From an uncultured virus (IMG/VR IMGVR_UViG_3300020197_000011) (taxonomy: Duplodnaviria > Heunggongvirae > Uroviricota > Caudoviricetes): DNA of 64,000 nt. A program made the position numbers and the translations under genes. Below are positions 56,486-64,000 of the stretch, piece after piece. The stretch is taken from the IMG/VR virus record IMGVR_UViG_3300020197_000011; one strand, 5' to 3'. Position 1 is the stretch's first letter, and each line of letters begins with the position of its first letter. The notes under the pieces are model-generated. The model saw nothing but the letters and a program-made list of their open reading frames with translations, was not told the DNA's origin and ran no database searches.

Positions 56486-56817
56486 ACTGATACACTTTCA
56501 TATACTAGAGCAGTTCCTTTAACAACTTTTATTCTTTTAGTATCTATAGTTAAAACCACATCAAAATAATTTCTACCTTCGGATAAATTTGAAGTTTGTT
56601 CTGCTGTCAGAGATAATTTTATTGTTCCAGTTGCAGCAGTGATTAATTTTGCAAATTCTTCATATGCTGTTGATGTTGGATATTTACGAATAGATGCATA
56701 TGATGTGCTCAATCCAGCCAATGAACTGGACGAAGAATCACTATTAAATAAATTAAATGTTGCTTCAAAATCAACACCTTTTTCAATAACCAAATTGTTA
56801 ATTTCAGCAACGGCCAT
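56482..56817 (-). CDS. hypothetical protein (baseplate/adaptor-like beta fold)
   Basis: NL.IEKG.DF...G.I.LSLT..QT..L..GR.Y.DV. Confidence 0.7.
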   Translation of the reverse strand: MAVAEINNLVIEKGVDFEATFNLFNSDSSSSSLAGLSTSYASIRKYPTSTAYEEFAKLITAATGTIKLSLTAEQTSNLSEGRNYFDVVLTIDTKRIKVVKGTALVYESVSV

Positions 56818-56844
56818 TGATTTGATGAATATTTTAACTATTTA

Positions 56845-57282
56845 TTATTCTTGTTTGTCTATTGGTTGATTTTTTAAAAGTTTTGACAATTCTGCAGTTG
56901 ATCCAACAAATAATGCATTGGTAACATTTGTTGGGCCTTTTGATTTTGTTTCATCAATATCTTTGAGTTTCTTTTGAAGATCAATTAATTTATCAGTTGC
57001 ATCTGCTACATTTTTAATAAGTTGTCCTGCAACTTCATAAGCCCTTGGCATTTCACTTTCTTGTGCTAATTCTAGAATACCATTTAATGCCTCTTGTCCT
57101 TTTTCAATAATAGCATATAAATTTCCTCTTGTATACTCATAATCTTTTTTAAGATCATTTGAAACTTCTTCTATCTCATCAATTTTTTTTTCGATAGTTT
57201 CTACTTTTGTCTCTACAATTTCATTAGAAACATTGAAAGTTTTATTTAAATCGTCAAACTTTTTTGTCATTTTCATAATCAC
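56845..57282 (-). CDS. gp16: terminase small subunit
   Basis: DYEYTR.NL, PRAYEV...LIK, FVGSTAEL. Confidence 0.93.
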   Translation of the reverse strand: MIMKMTKKFDDLNKTFNVSNEIVETKVETIEKKIDEIEEVSNDLKKDYEYTRGNLYAIIEKGQEALNGILELAQESEMPRAYEVAGQLIKNVADATDKLIDLQKKLKDIDETKSKGPTNVTNALFVGSTAELSKLLKNQPIDKQE

Positions 57283-58271
57283 CCACTAAATCCAAAATCA
57301 TCTCCTGCTTGAATTAATGCATTATCTGCAGCGACGATTAGATTGACAGCACTACCTAATACGTGAGGTGCTGCAATCGTGTTATCTGCTCCACGTTTAA
57401 CCGTAAGTTGATTTGAGGTTTTTGATTCAACATACATCTCTTCATTATCAATGGTAATATAATCTCCCACTACAATGCCAGAAGCGTCATTAACATCAAT
57501 AAATTTGGTTGTTTCATTAATATCTACACCTAAGTTAGTAACAACATTTTCACTGTAACTCTTAATCGCTCTGGGTTCTGTGGAATATGTAATATCTCTT
57601 GTTGGCGTTCCTGTGGCATCTCCAGCAATATAACCGATAGAAACTTTTTTGATAACGTCTTTGGAAACATCGGTAATAGGGCCAAAAAGATAAGTTTTAG
57701 CAGTGAATCTTAAAGTATAAATTAAAGCTCTTCTTGTATCAAAATTTCCCTCATAATCATCTTGCATTGAAATACCTTCAAAGATGACAGGTATGTCTCT
57801 TTTTTCTCCAATCTGTTCTACCAAATCAACTGTCAATGTATATTGTGGTTGAAAATATGGGAGCACCTGTTCAATAATTTGAAGCATATCATCATTTAAT
57901 TTTGTCATGATGCTCAGTTCAAATGTCATGTTATAAGGAACTGGCATATAAACTCTTCTGATTTGCTTTTCATCAGAAGATAATCCAGACAAGAAAGTTT
58001 GAGTTGTAGTTACTTTTCTTGATGGATCGTATGTTAATCCAGTAAATTCAAATGACATTCTTGGTAATGACATTTGAACTGGTTTATTCGAATTTGGAGC
58101 CTGCTCAAGTCTTGCTAAAAACTTTTGAGTTGGCCCATATGCCAAAGGAACTTCAATCACACTTACTGTTTGATCTGAATCATTAACATGTTTGATTTTC
58201 ATACCATTAAAAAGAGTTCCAAACCCAATAATGGTTTTTCTCAAAATTTCGTGGTAAAAATATTCAAACAT
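57279..58271 (-). CDS. gp15: tail sheath stabilizer / head-tail connector with a C-terminal extension
   Basis: YFYH..RK....FGTLFN, VPLAYGP..KF, LPRMSF, QI.EQ.LPYFQP. Confidence 0.94.
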   Translation of the reverse strand: MFEYFYHEILRKTIIGFGTLFNGMKIKHVNDSDQTVSVIEVPLAYGPTQKFLARLEQAPNSNKPVQMSLPRMSFEFTGLTYDPSRKVTTTQTFLSGLSSDEKQIRRVYMPVPYNMTFELSIMTKLNDDMLQIIEQVLPYFQPQYTLTVDLVEQIGEKRDIPVIFEGISMQDDYEGNFDTRRALIYTLRFTAKTYLFGPITDVSKDVIKKVSIGYIAGDATGTPTRDITYSTEPRAIKSYSENVVTNLGVDINETTKFIDVNDASGIVVGDYITIDNEEMYVESKTSNQLTVKRGADNTIAAPHVLGSAVNLIVAADNALIQAGDDFGFSG

Positions 58272-58310
58272 GTCAGTAAAAGTTTATATTACTATTTAAT
58301 GTTGCATTAT

Positions 58311-59693
58311 TTATGGTGTTCCAAAAGGATTCTTTTCACTAAAATCAATAATTTGATCAGATTCTTCTTCAATTACATCATTCTGTGCATAAGGATCGAC
58401 AAGATTATATGCTTGAACCTTCCTTAATTTATAAGATGCTGATGATGCTGTTCCAACAACAACATCACCATCTACAAAATCTTTTGTGATTTTGTAAACT
58501 TCTAATGCGCCAGTTGTAGCATTCCAAGACTTAACTAATGCGGATGCTCCACTTATACTGCCAGTAACCGTTTCGTTAATAACATAAGTTCCAATACCGA
58601 TCATATATGGGGATCCAATTGTAATTGTAGGTGCAACAGTATATCCGAGGCCTGCGTTAGTGATTGTAATTGACGTAACCACACCAGCAGTATTAATTTT
58701 TGCTCTACCTGTTGCTGTAATACCTGTTCCAACTGGAGCCGCGCTAAAAGTAATGATTGGTGGAGTCGCATATCCACCACCACCACTTGTGAGATTTATT
58801 GCTCCCACAATACCATCACCAATAGTTGCTGTTGCCGCGGCCCCTGCACCACCTCCACCAATAAAAACAACAGATGGTGCTACAGTATATCCAAATCCAG
58901 GGTTTGTAAGTTCAACTCCCTGAACTTTTAATGCACTTGTACCATTACAATCTACAAGATTACCAATCATTGTAGCGATACCAATTGCAGTTTGTCCTCC
59001 TGATGGAGCAGATGAAATTGCAACTGTTGGAGTTGATTTGTATCCACTACCTCTATTAGTGATCGTTATAAATCTAACGCCACCATTAACTACATTAGTA
59101 GTCGCTGTTGCAGTTGTACCAACTCCAACTAAAGTGAGTGTTTGAATATAACCATCATTTTCTACATTATCGTCAATTTCTTCAATTCCAGTATCAACGA
59201 CTTCATCTTCATATCTAAAGAGTTCACACCTCAGTTCATAAACATATGTTTTTTGAAGTTGATAAAATGGTTTTTCTTGCTCAACAAATTTTATTTCAAA
59301 TAATCTATCGCCTAATGGAAAATAAATTAAGTCCCCCTCTTTGGGACGAGTTGATAATTTAATATTTGGTAAATTTTGAATCAATGGAGTAATATAATTT
59401 TCAAATCTGTCTTTTGAAATAATTAAAGTTAAATCTGTGAGTGGTTGAATTCCAAATTTTGATAAAATTGTTCCTTGTCCTTCATATCCTTCATAAGTAT
59501 CAACATATGCTTCTAATGGATATGCATTATCAAATTTTGATTCGATAACTTCTTTAATAATCGTTTTTTCCGTTACATATTGACGAGGAAGATAATGAAT
59601 ATCAACACCATACATGCGGAGTTGTTCATTGATCAAATCTTGAATCAATCCTTGTTCGTTTTTTGATCCCTGTAAAAAAAATGGATTGAGCAT
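58311..59693 (-). CDS. gp14: neck protein with an inserted repeat domain
   Basis: LNPFF, EQ.L..DL..E....YG, RPKEGDLIYFP, C-terminal DFSE.NPFG. Confidence 0.92.
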   Translation of the reverse strand: MLNPFFLQGSKNEQGLIQDLINEQLRMYGVDIHYLPRQYVTEKTIIKEVIESKFDNAYPLEAYVDTYEGYEGQGTILSKFGIQPLTDLTLIISKDRFENYITPLIQNLPNIKLSTRPKEGDLIYFPLGDRLFEIKFVEQEKPFYQLQKTYVYELRCELFRYEDEVVDTGIEEIDDNVENDGYIQTLTLVGVGTTATATTNVVNGGVRFITITNRGSGYKSTPTVAISSAPSGGQTAIGIATMIGNLVDCNGTSALKVQGVELTNPGFGYTVAPSVVFIGGGGAGAAATATIGDGIVGAINLTSGGGGYATPPIITFSAAPVGTGITATGRAKINTAGVVTSITITNAGLGYTVAPTITIGSPYMIGIGTYVINETVTGSISGASALVKSWNATTGALEVYKITKDFVDGDVVVGTASSASYKLRKVQAYNLVDPYAQNDVIEEESDQIIDFSEKNPFGTP

Positions 59694-59694
59694 T

Positions 59695-60540
59695 TTATCC
59701 GATCATGTCCAGTGGGGGTAATTCGTATGTACTGGACATTCTCTCCATAAGAATATCTAGTTCTCTCTGAGCATCGTCATATATCTGTCTTCCGTTCAAT
59801 TCAACTCCTCCAGGAAGTTTGACTCCTTGGAATTTAATTAAATTTTGTCCCCACTGACGTTTAATCAACGCTGTTAAGTATGGTTTTAAGAAAGAATCAT
59901 TCCACACTCGTGCATAATCATTACCGTCCATTGTTCTCCAACAATCGATAATGATCCAATTTCCCACTGCTGCACTACCCCAATCAATATCTAAGTAAAG
60001 TCTATCTTGTCTTTTATTAAACCTAATTTGTTTATCAGTTGTCAAAAGAAAATCAATATCTTCAAGATAAGTTTTAACCATTGCATAAGTTAACAATTCA
60101 GTAGATCCCCAATAATAAACATCGTTGAGAAACAACTGATATTTAACACTAAACATATTATGAGTAATACTATTAGTGCCGTCAAATTTATAAATTTTGT
60201 TTACTCCAATTACGGATGGATGAACTGGCAAATAATTTCCATTCTCTTCATATTTAAATGATGTACTATATCCTACAGTTTCAGTTACAGTTGTGGTTGT
60301 AATGCCTACAGATCCAGATGATCCACCTCTTGCTCTTCCTCTATCAATATCATCTTGTGTGATCTGATATTTCATATAAGTTTGATAGACACCATCAAAG
60401 TGTCTTTCTTGGAAGAATTGAACTGCATCATCAACAAGATCTTCAATCTGCTCATCAGCAACATTGATCTCTAAAACTGGATAACCCAGTTTTCTTTTAC
60501 AATAATCGATAAGCTCTTGTCGAGTAGATGGTTGTGCCAT
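59695..60540 (-). CDS. gp13: neck protein
   Basis: L.DYC.R.LG.PV..INV, HFDG, K.QWGQNL.KF.GV.LPGG. Confidence 0.95.
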   Translation of the reverse strand: MAQPSTRQELIDYCKRKLGYPVLEINVADEQIEDLVDDAVQFFQERHFDGVYQTYMKYQITQDDIDRGRARGGSSGSVGITTTTVTETVGYSTSFKYEENGNYLPVHPSVIGVNKIYKFDGTNSITHNMFSVKYQLFLNDVYYWGSTELLTYAMVKTYLEDIDFLLTTDKQIRFNKRQDRLYLDIDWGSAAVGNWIIIDCWRTMDGNDYARVWNDSFLKPYLTALIKRQWGQNLIKFQGVKLPGGVELNGRQIYDDAQRELDILMERMSSTYELPPLDMIG

Positions 60541-60704
60541 TAGAGTTGTGTCAAGACTTCTTGTTGTTTTAGATACAACTTAATATACATCCTTGAAAGG
60601 GTTTTCAAAGTTTCAAGATCATTAATACTATCTATATCTCTTGAATGTTTCTCATATTCAAACATTTTATTAATATTTTCTAATGTAATACTATTTGGAT
60701 CCAT
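60540..60704 (-). CDS. small helical protein (54 aa, not in ORF track), NblA-like pattern
   Basis: MDPNSITLENINKMFEYEKHSRDIDSINDLETLKTLSRMYIKLYLKQQEVLTQL*; AGGAG upstream; TAATG overlap with gp13. Confidence 0.6.
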   Translation of the reverse strand: MDPNSITLENINKMFEYEKHSRDIDSINDLETLKTLSRMYIKLYLKQQEVLTQL

Positions 60705-60918
60705 TGATCATACTCCTGAGCAAATTTTTAATCTCATCTAAATCACTTTTCATAGAATTTACTTCATTTTCTAGAGACTGAATTTTTTCAAATTCAATCT
60801 CCTTAACACGTTTTTGTTCTAAGTAATTTTTATATTCAACCATGTTAACATTCAAAATTGCTTGAGTTTGTTCGTCACGAACTAAGTTGTCATGTCCGTC
60901 TACTTTAGAAAACATCAT
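60691..60918 (-). CDS. hypothetical coiled-coil protein
   Basis: KVDGH.NLVRD..T.AI.N; likely start at 60918. Confidence 0.75.
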   Translation of the reverse strand: MMFSKVDGHDNLVRDEQTQAILNVNMVEYKNYLEQKRVKEIEFEKIQSLENEVNSMKSDLDEIKNLLRSMINGSK

Positions 60919-60919
60919 A

Positions 60920-63900
60920 TCATGCGAGAGCAATAACTCTAAATTCTCTTAATCTTGGTGGATGAGCCTGATCTTGAGAAGATCCAATTAATTTAACACT
61001 AAAGTATCTAAACTCTGGTAAGTTATTAATAGTGAATTGATACTCTTTATATTCCAATTCAGGACTTAAGTTCTTAAAGTTTGCTGATTTTGCAATATTC
61101 TTGTCAGGAAGTCCATCATTATTTGCTGAATCAATGATTGATCCAAGATTAGTTAAATTATTATAACCTGGGAATGGATAGTATACTGGAGTTTCATTTG
61201 GATCTTTCATGATGGCATATAATGCTCTCAGATCGCTCAATTGATTTACATAACCAGCTGTGATAATCTTTAATGATGATGCAGGAACTTCAAGCGAAAT
61301 TGCATTTGTAGCATAAACAAATGCAGATGGATCGTCTTTCAAAGATGAAACTCTAAAGTCTGTAGCATAATTTGTGATTGGACTATTTACTCTATTGCTT
61401 GTAAGAATTACACTTACCCTATCTAAGTCAATAACTGGAGAAATATTTTCATCAGCACTACTTAATTTCATATTCAATGTCAAAGATTTACTTCCTGGGA
61501 ATGTTGCTGGGATAAGTTTAGTAGATTCGTTAATCTTAGATGCAATAATTCGAGGTGTTGAGAAGTAAGTGTTGCCATCCAAATTAATGGGTTCAAATCC
61601 TTGATCCAGATAGGACTCTTCGGTGCCATCAATACTACTACCACTAGTTGTTCTCACAGTTGCAGTAATATTAGTATTTGTCAACTTCATTGTTTGAATA
61701 TTTGGTTTGATGATTTCAAACGGAATATTTTGAGTTGCATAAATGTTTGGGCCGCCAGCAGACTTAGTTTCATTAATATAAAGTCTTGGGAATGAAGTAC
61801 TAACGCTCCTATCAACTTGTCCGTGTGGTGAAGATTCAGTCTTACCTGCCTGACTTGTATCTACTTTGATATAATAATAATCAAGATCTAAAGATCTATC
61901 TAAATCTGATGCATCTTGAAGAGTATGTGTTTTATTGATTCTTCTCAACGAAACACCATCAAGTTCATATTTAAATACTGGAGTTCCTGTAGTGTAAGTA
62001 AACGATTTGGTTTGATCAATTTGTCTTGTAATTCCAGTAAGAGTATTTCCACTTACACCTTCATAAGCAATAATTTCTTGATCAATTAATACATAACCTG
62101 GATTTGTAGAACTTACGCTTACGTTTTCAAATGTCTGGAAAATACTGATTCCCGTAATTGGATCAAGAATCATATCTGACAATGAAATTGATGCAGTAGA
62201 ATCTTTAGCAACATCAGCAGTTAAAAATGATGGTAAAGAATCTGGATATACTCCAGAAATTGTAACATCATTGTTTAATGCATACATTCCATGATTCTTA
62301 TGATTTACCTTAATGAAGGTTCCTTCCTTATCTTCAGAATCGACAGTAGCATAAGTTACCTCTACATTTCCTGCCGTTCCATTTAAGTTTGTGGATCCAA
62401 TTCCTGTTGCAATATACGCAATAGTGCTTCCTGCACCAGTTGTAAATGTTCCTTGAACATTATCAACGATCAGTTCATTAATTGCGTCAATTGATGAGAC
62501 TGACAGTCTCAGGTTTCTTCCCAATACACTACCACCAAAATTAGTTGCAGTTAAAACATCACCAACTCTATATCCAGAACCTGGATAACTGATTGTGGCT
62601 GCTGTAGCTACATTGTTAATAATTGTAATTTTTGCAGTTGCGTCTCTTCCAGATCCTGTTACATTTGCAAGAGCAACGTCTGCAAAAACACCATCAGAAT
62701 AACCGATACCTGCATTCACAATTGTCATGGTTCCTGTTGCAGAACCGGCAGCACCTACATAATTGCCACTTGCATTTGAATTCGTTTGAATAATCGTATT
62801 TCCAAGAGTTAATCCAGTGTCTGTTACAGTTTTTCCTAATCCTATTCGGAGAACTCTTGAATTAAGTTCCAATGGATTTATAAGCAAGTTTGCAATTTGC
62901 TTGTTTCCAATATTTAAATCTGGATTGTAGAAGTTGATGTCGCCAATTGAAGATGTATTAAACTCTGCCCTATACAGAGTCATCTTGAGATCTTCATATT
63001 GACTTGGATCCCAAGTTGATCCATTTTGAGACTTAAACAGAGATCCTAACAGAGGTTGTTGAGTAACAATAACTTGTTGAGACTCTGGGCCAGATGCCGT
63101 ATCTGCAGTCGCTTCTCCCAATCTAGAAATCCAAACATTATATTCATTGGATTCTGAAAGAAGAACAATTGCATGTTCTTGTCCACCTTTCAAATAAACT
63201 GGTGAGGGGAAGACAATAGTAGTTTTTACTGAACCATCATCTGAAACATTGATATCTTTTGGTTCTACCGCAATGGAACTTAATGGATAAACCTCAGATT
63301 TGGGTGTTCCCAATGTCATTGGACGAAATTGAACAATGACTGGTAAAGTGTCATCTTTTGTTCTAAAGTAAAGATCAACTTTGGTTACAAAAATACCATT
63401 CTCTTCGTCAACAAAGAACGATTGTGCGAGAGGATCCCAATAGCAGTATCCCCAACGTCCATATCTATACCAAGGATTATATCCAACAACATTAGATGAT
63501 GCACTGGTTGATGTTTCAGTTATAGTTCTATTTTCAGTTAATGTTTCTGACGTAAACTCAGCACTTCTAGTTGAAACAATAGTTTCTTGGATTGTATCAA
63601 GTTTTCCTTGAGCGTAATAACTTCCTTCGCCACTTGTATCAACTACACCGTCAATTTGAGAATTGACAGAACTACTTGTTAATCTAAAAGTTTTGGTTCC
63701 GGTTTCAAATGTTGGATTTGTTGGTACATTTGGATTTGGAATGAGGAAAGATCCAATAACTGTTCCTACATTGTCAGTAACTAATCGAACATTATTAATT
63801 GTTGCCTCAGCACCACTAGTTTGTCCCCTCAATTTAATACCACTAACAACACTTCCATAGAAAGATCCTAAAGCCTGCTCAGCAAGACTTGAAACGTCTA

Positions 63901-64000
63901 TATTAAGAATTGTAGATGTGGATGAGTAATCTGAAGGTAATGCAGTGGTATTTTGTTGATCATATGGGTTTCTTACAAATATATCTATTGGATTATTAAA
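60920..64000 (-). CDS. very large virion structural protein (3' part; 5' end outside the window)
   Basis: Frame open from 64000; DPLAQSF..., GSLFKSQNGSTW...EDLK, C-terminal PRL..FR.IALA; located upstream of gp13. Confidence 0.85.
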   Translation of the reverse strand, partial: FNNPIDIFVRNPYDQQNTTALPSDYSSTSTILNIDVSSLAEQALGSFYGSVVSGIKLRGQTSGAEATINNVRLVTDNVGTVIGSFLIPNPNVPTNPTFETGTKTFRLTSSSVNSQIDGVVDTSGEGSYYAQGKLDTIQETIVSTRSAEFTSETLTENRTITETSTSASSNVVGYNPWYRYGRWGYCYWDPLAQSFFVDEENGIFVTKVDLYFRTKDDTLPVIVQFRPMTLGTPKSEVYPLSSIAVEPKDINVSDDGSVKTTIVFPSPVYLKGGQEHAIVLLSESNEYNVWISRLGEATADTASGPESQQVIVTQQPLLGSLFKSQNGSTWDPSQYEDLKMTLYRAEFNTSSIGDINFYNPDLNIGNKQIANLLINPLELNSRVLRIGLGKTVTDTGLTLGNTIIQTNSNASGNYVGAAGSATGTMTIVNAGIGYSDGVFADVALANVTGSGRDATAKITIINNVATAATISYPGSGYRVGDVLTATNFGGSVLGRNLRLSVSSIDAINELIVDNVQGTFTTGAGSTIAYIATGIGSTNLNGTAGNVEVTYATVDSEDKEGTFIKVNHKNHGMYALNNDVTISGVYPDSLPSFLTADVAKDSTASISLSDMILDPITGISIFQTFENVSVSSTNPGYVLIDQEIIAYEGVSGNTLTGITRQIDQTKSFTYTTGTPVFKYELDGVSLRRINKTHTLQDASDLDRSLDLDYYYIKVDTSQAGKTESSPHGQVDRSVSTSFPRLYINETKSAGGPNIYATQNIPFEIIKPNIQTMKLTNTNITATVRTTSGSSIDGTEESYLDQGFEPINLDGNTYFSTPRIIASKINESTKLIPATFPGSKSLTLNMKLSSADENISPVIDLDRVSVILTSNRVNSPITNYATDFRVSSLKDDPSAFVYATNAISLEVPASSLKIITAGYVNQLSDLRALYAIMKDPNETPVYYPFPGYNNLTNLGSIIDSANNDGLPDKNIAKSANFKNLSPELEYKEYQFTINNLPEFRYFSVKLIGSSQDQAHPPRLREFRVIALA

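Noticed and set aside
610..63860. Numerous + strand and nested - strand ORFs in the track (e.g. 15062..15556, 26736..27296, 31350..31898, 32592..33158, 39604..40020)
   Set aside because: They overlap well-supported - strand genes and have no recognisable motifs; treated as shadow ORFs

Overview
A 64-kb, AT-rich, gene-dense segment of a T4-like myovirus genome with essentially all genes on the - strand. CobS/CobT-like genes, Hsp20, MazG, several Fe/2OG dioxygenases and a variable island between g16 and g17 point to a cyanomyovirus (Kyanoviridae-like); the host is inferred, since no photosynthesis gene is in this window. In transcription order (high to low coordinates) it holds: a large virion protein, neck gp13/14/15, gp16, a tail-fibre island, gp17-gp23, gp3, UvsY/UvsW, gp55, gp47/46, CobT/CobS, gp45/44/62, RegA, Hsp20, gp43, UvsX, gp41, MazG, tRNA-Ala(TGC), a nucleotidyltransferase, gp61, NrdA/NrdB and a GIY-YIG nuclease. 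Most notable observations: (1) Accessory genes in the replication module sit as 'SD+ORF' cassettes bounded by a duplicated 5' end of the downstream resident gene (a perfect 49-bp repeat at gp62), leaving 13-20-codon relay ORFs that would preserve translational coupling. (2) Late proteins carrying T4-type capsid-targeting leaders, or built as strings of short basic modules separated by gp21-type cleavage sites, are candidate packaged polyproteins. (3) A DUF4338/DruA-like gene sits inside the clamp-loader operon among dioxygenases. (4) An NblA-like small ORF, a consensus antisense sigma70 promoter, and two structured 5' leaders. Family assignments are from motif recognition only; no searches were run.
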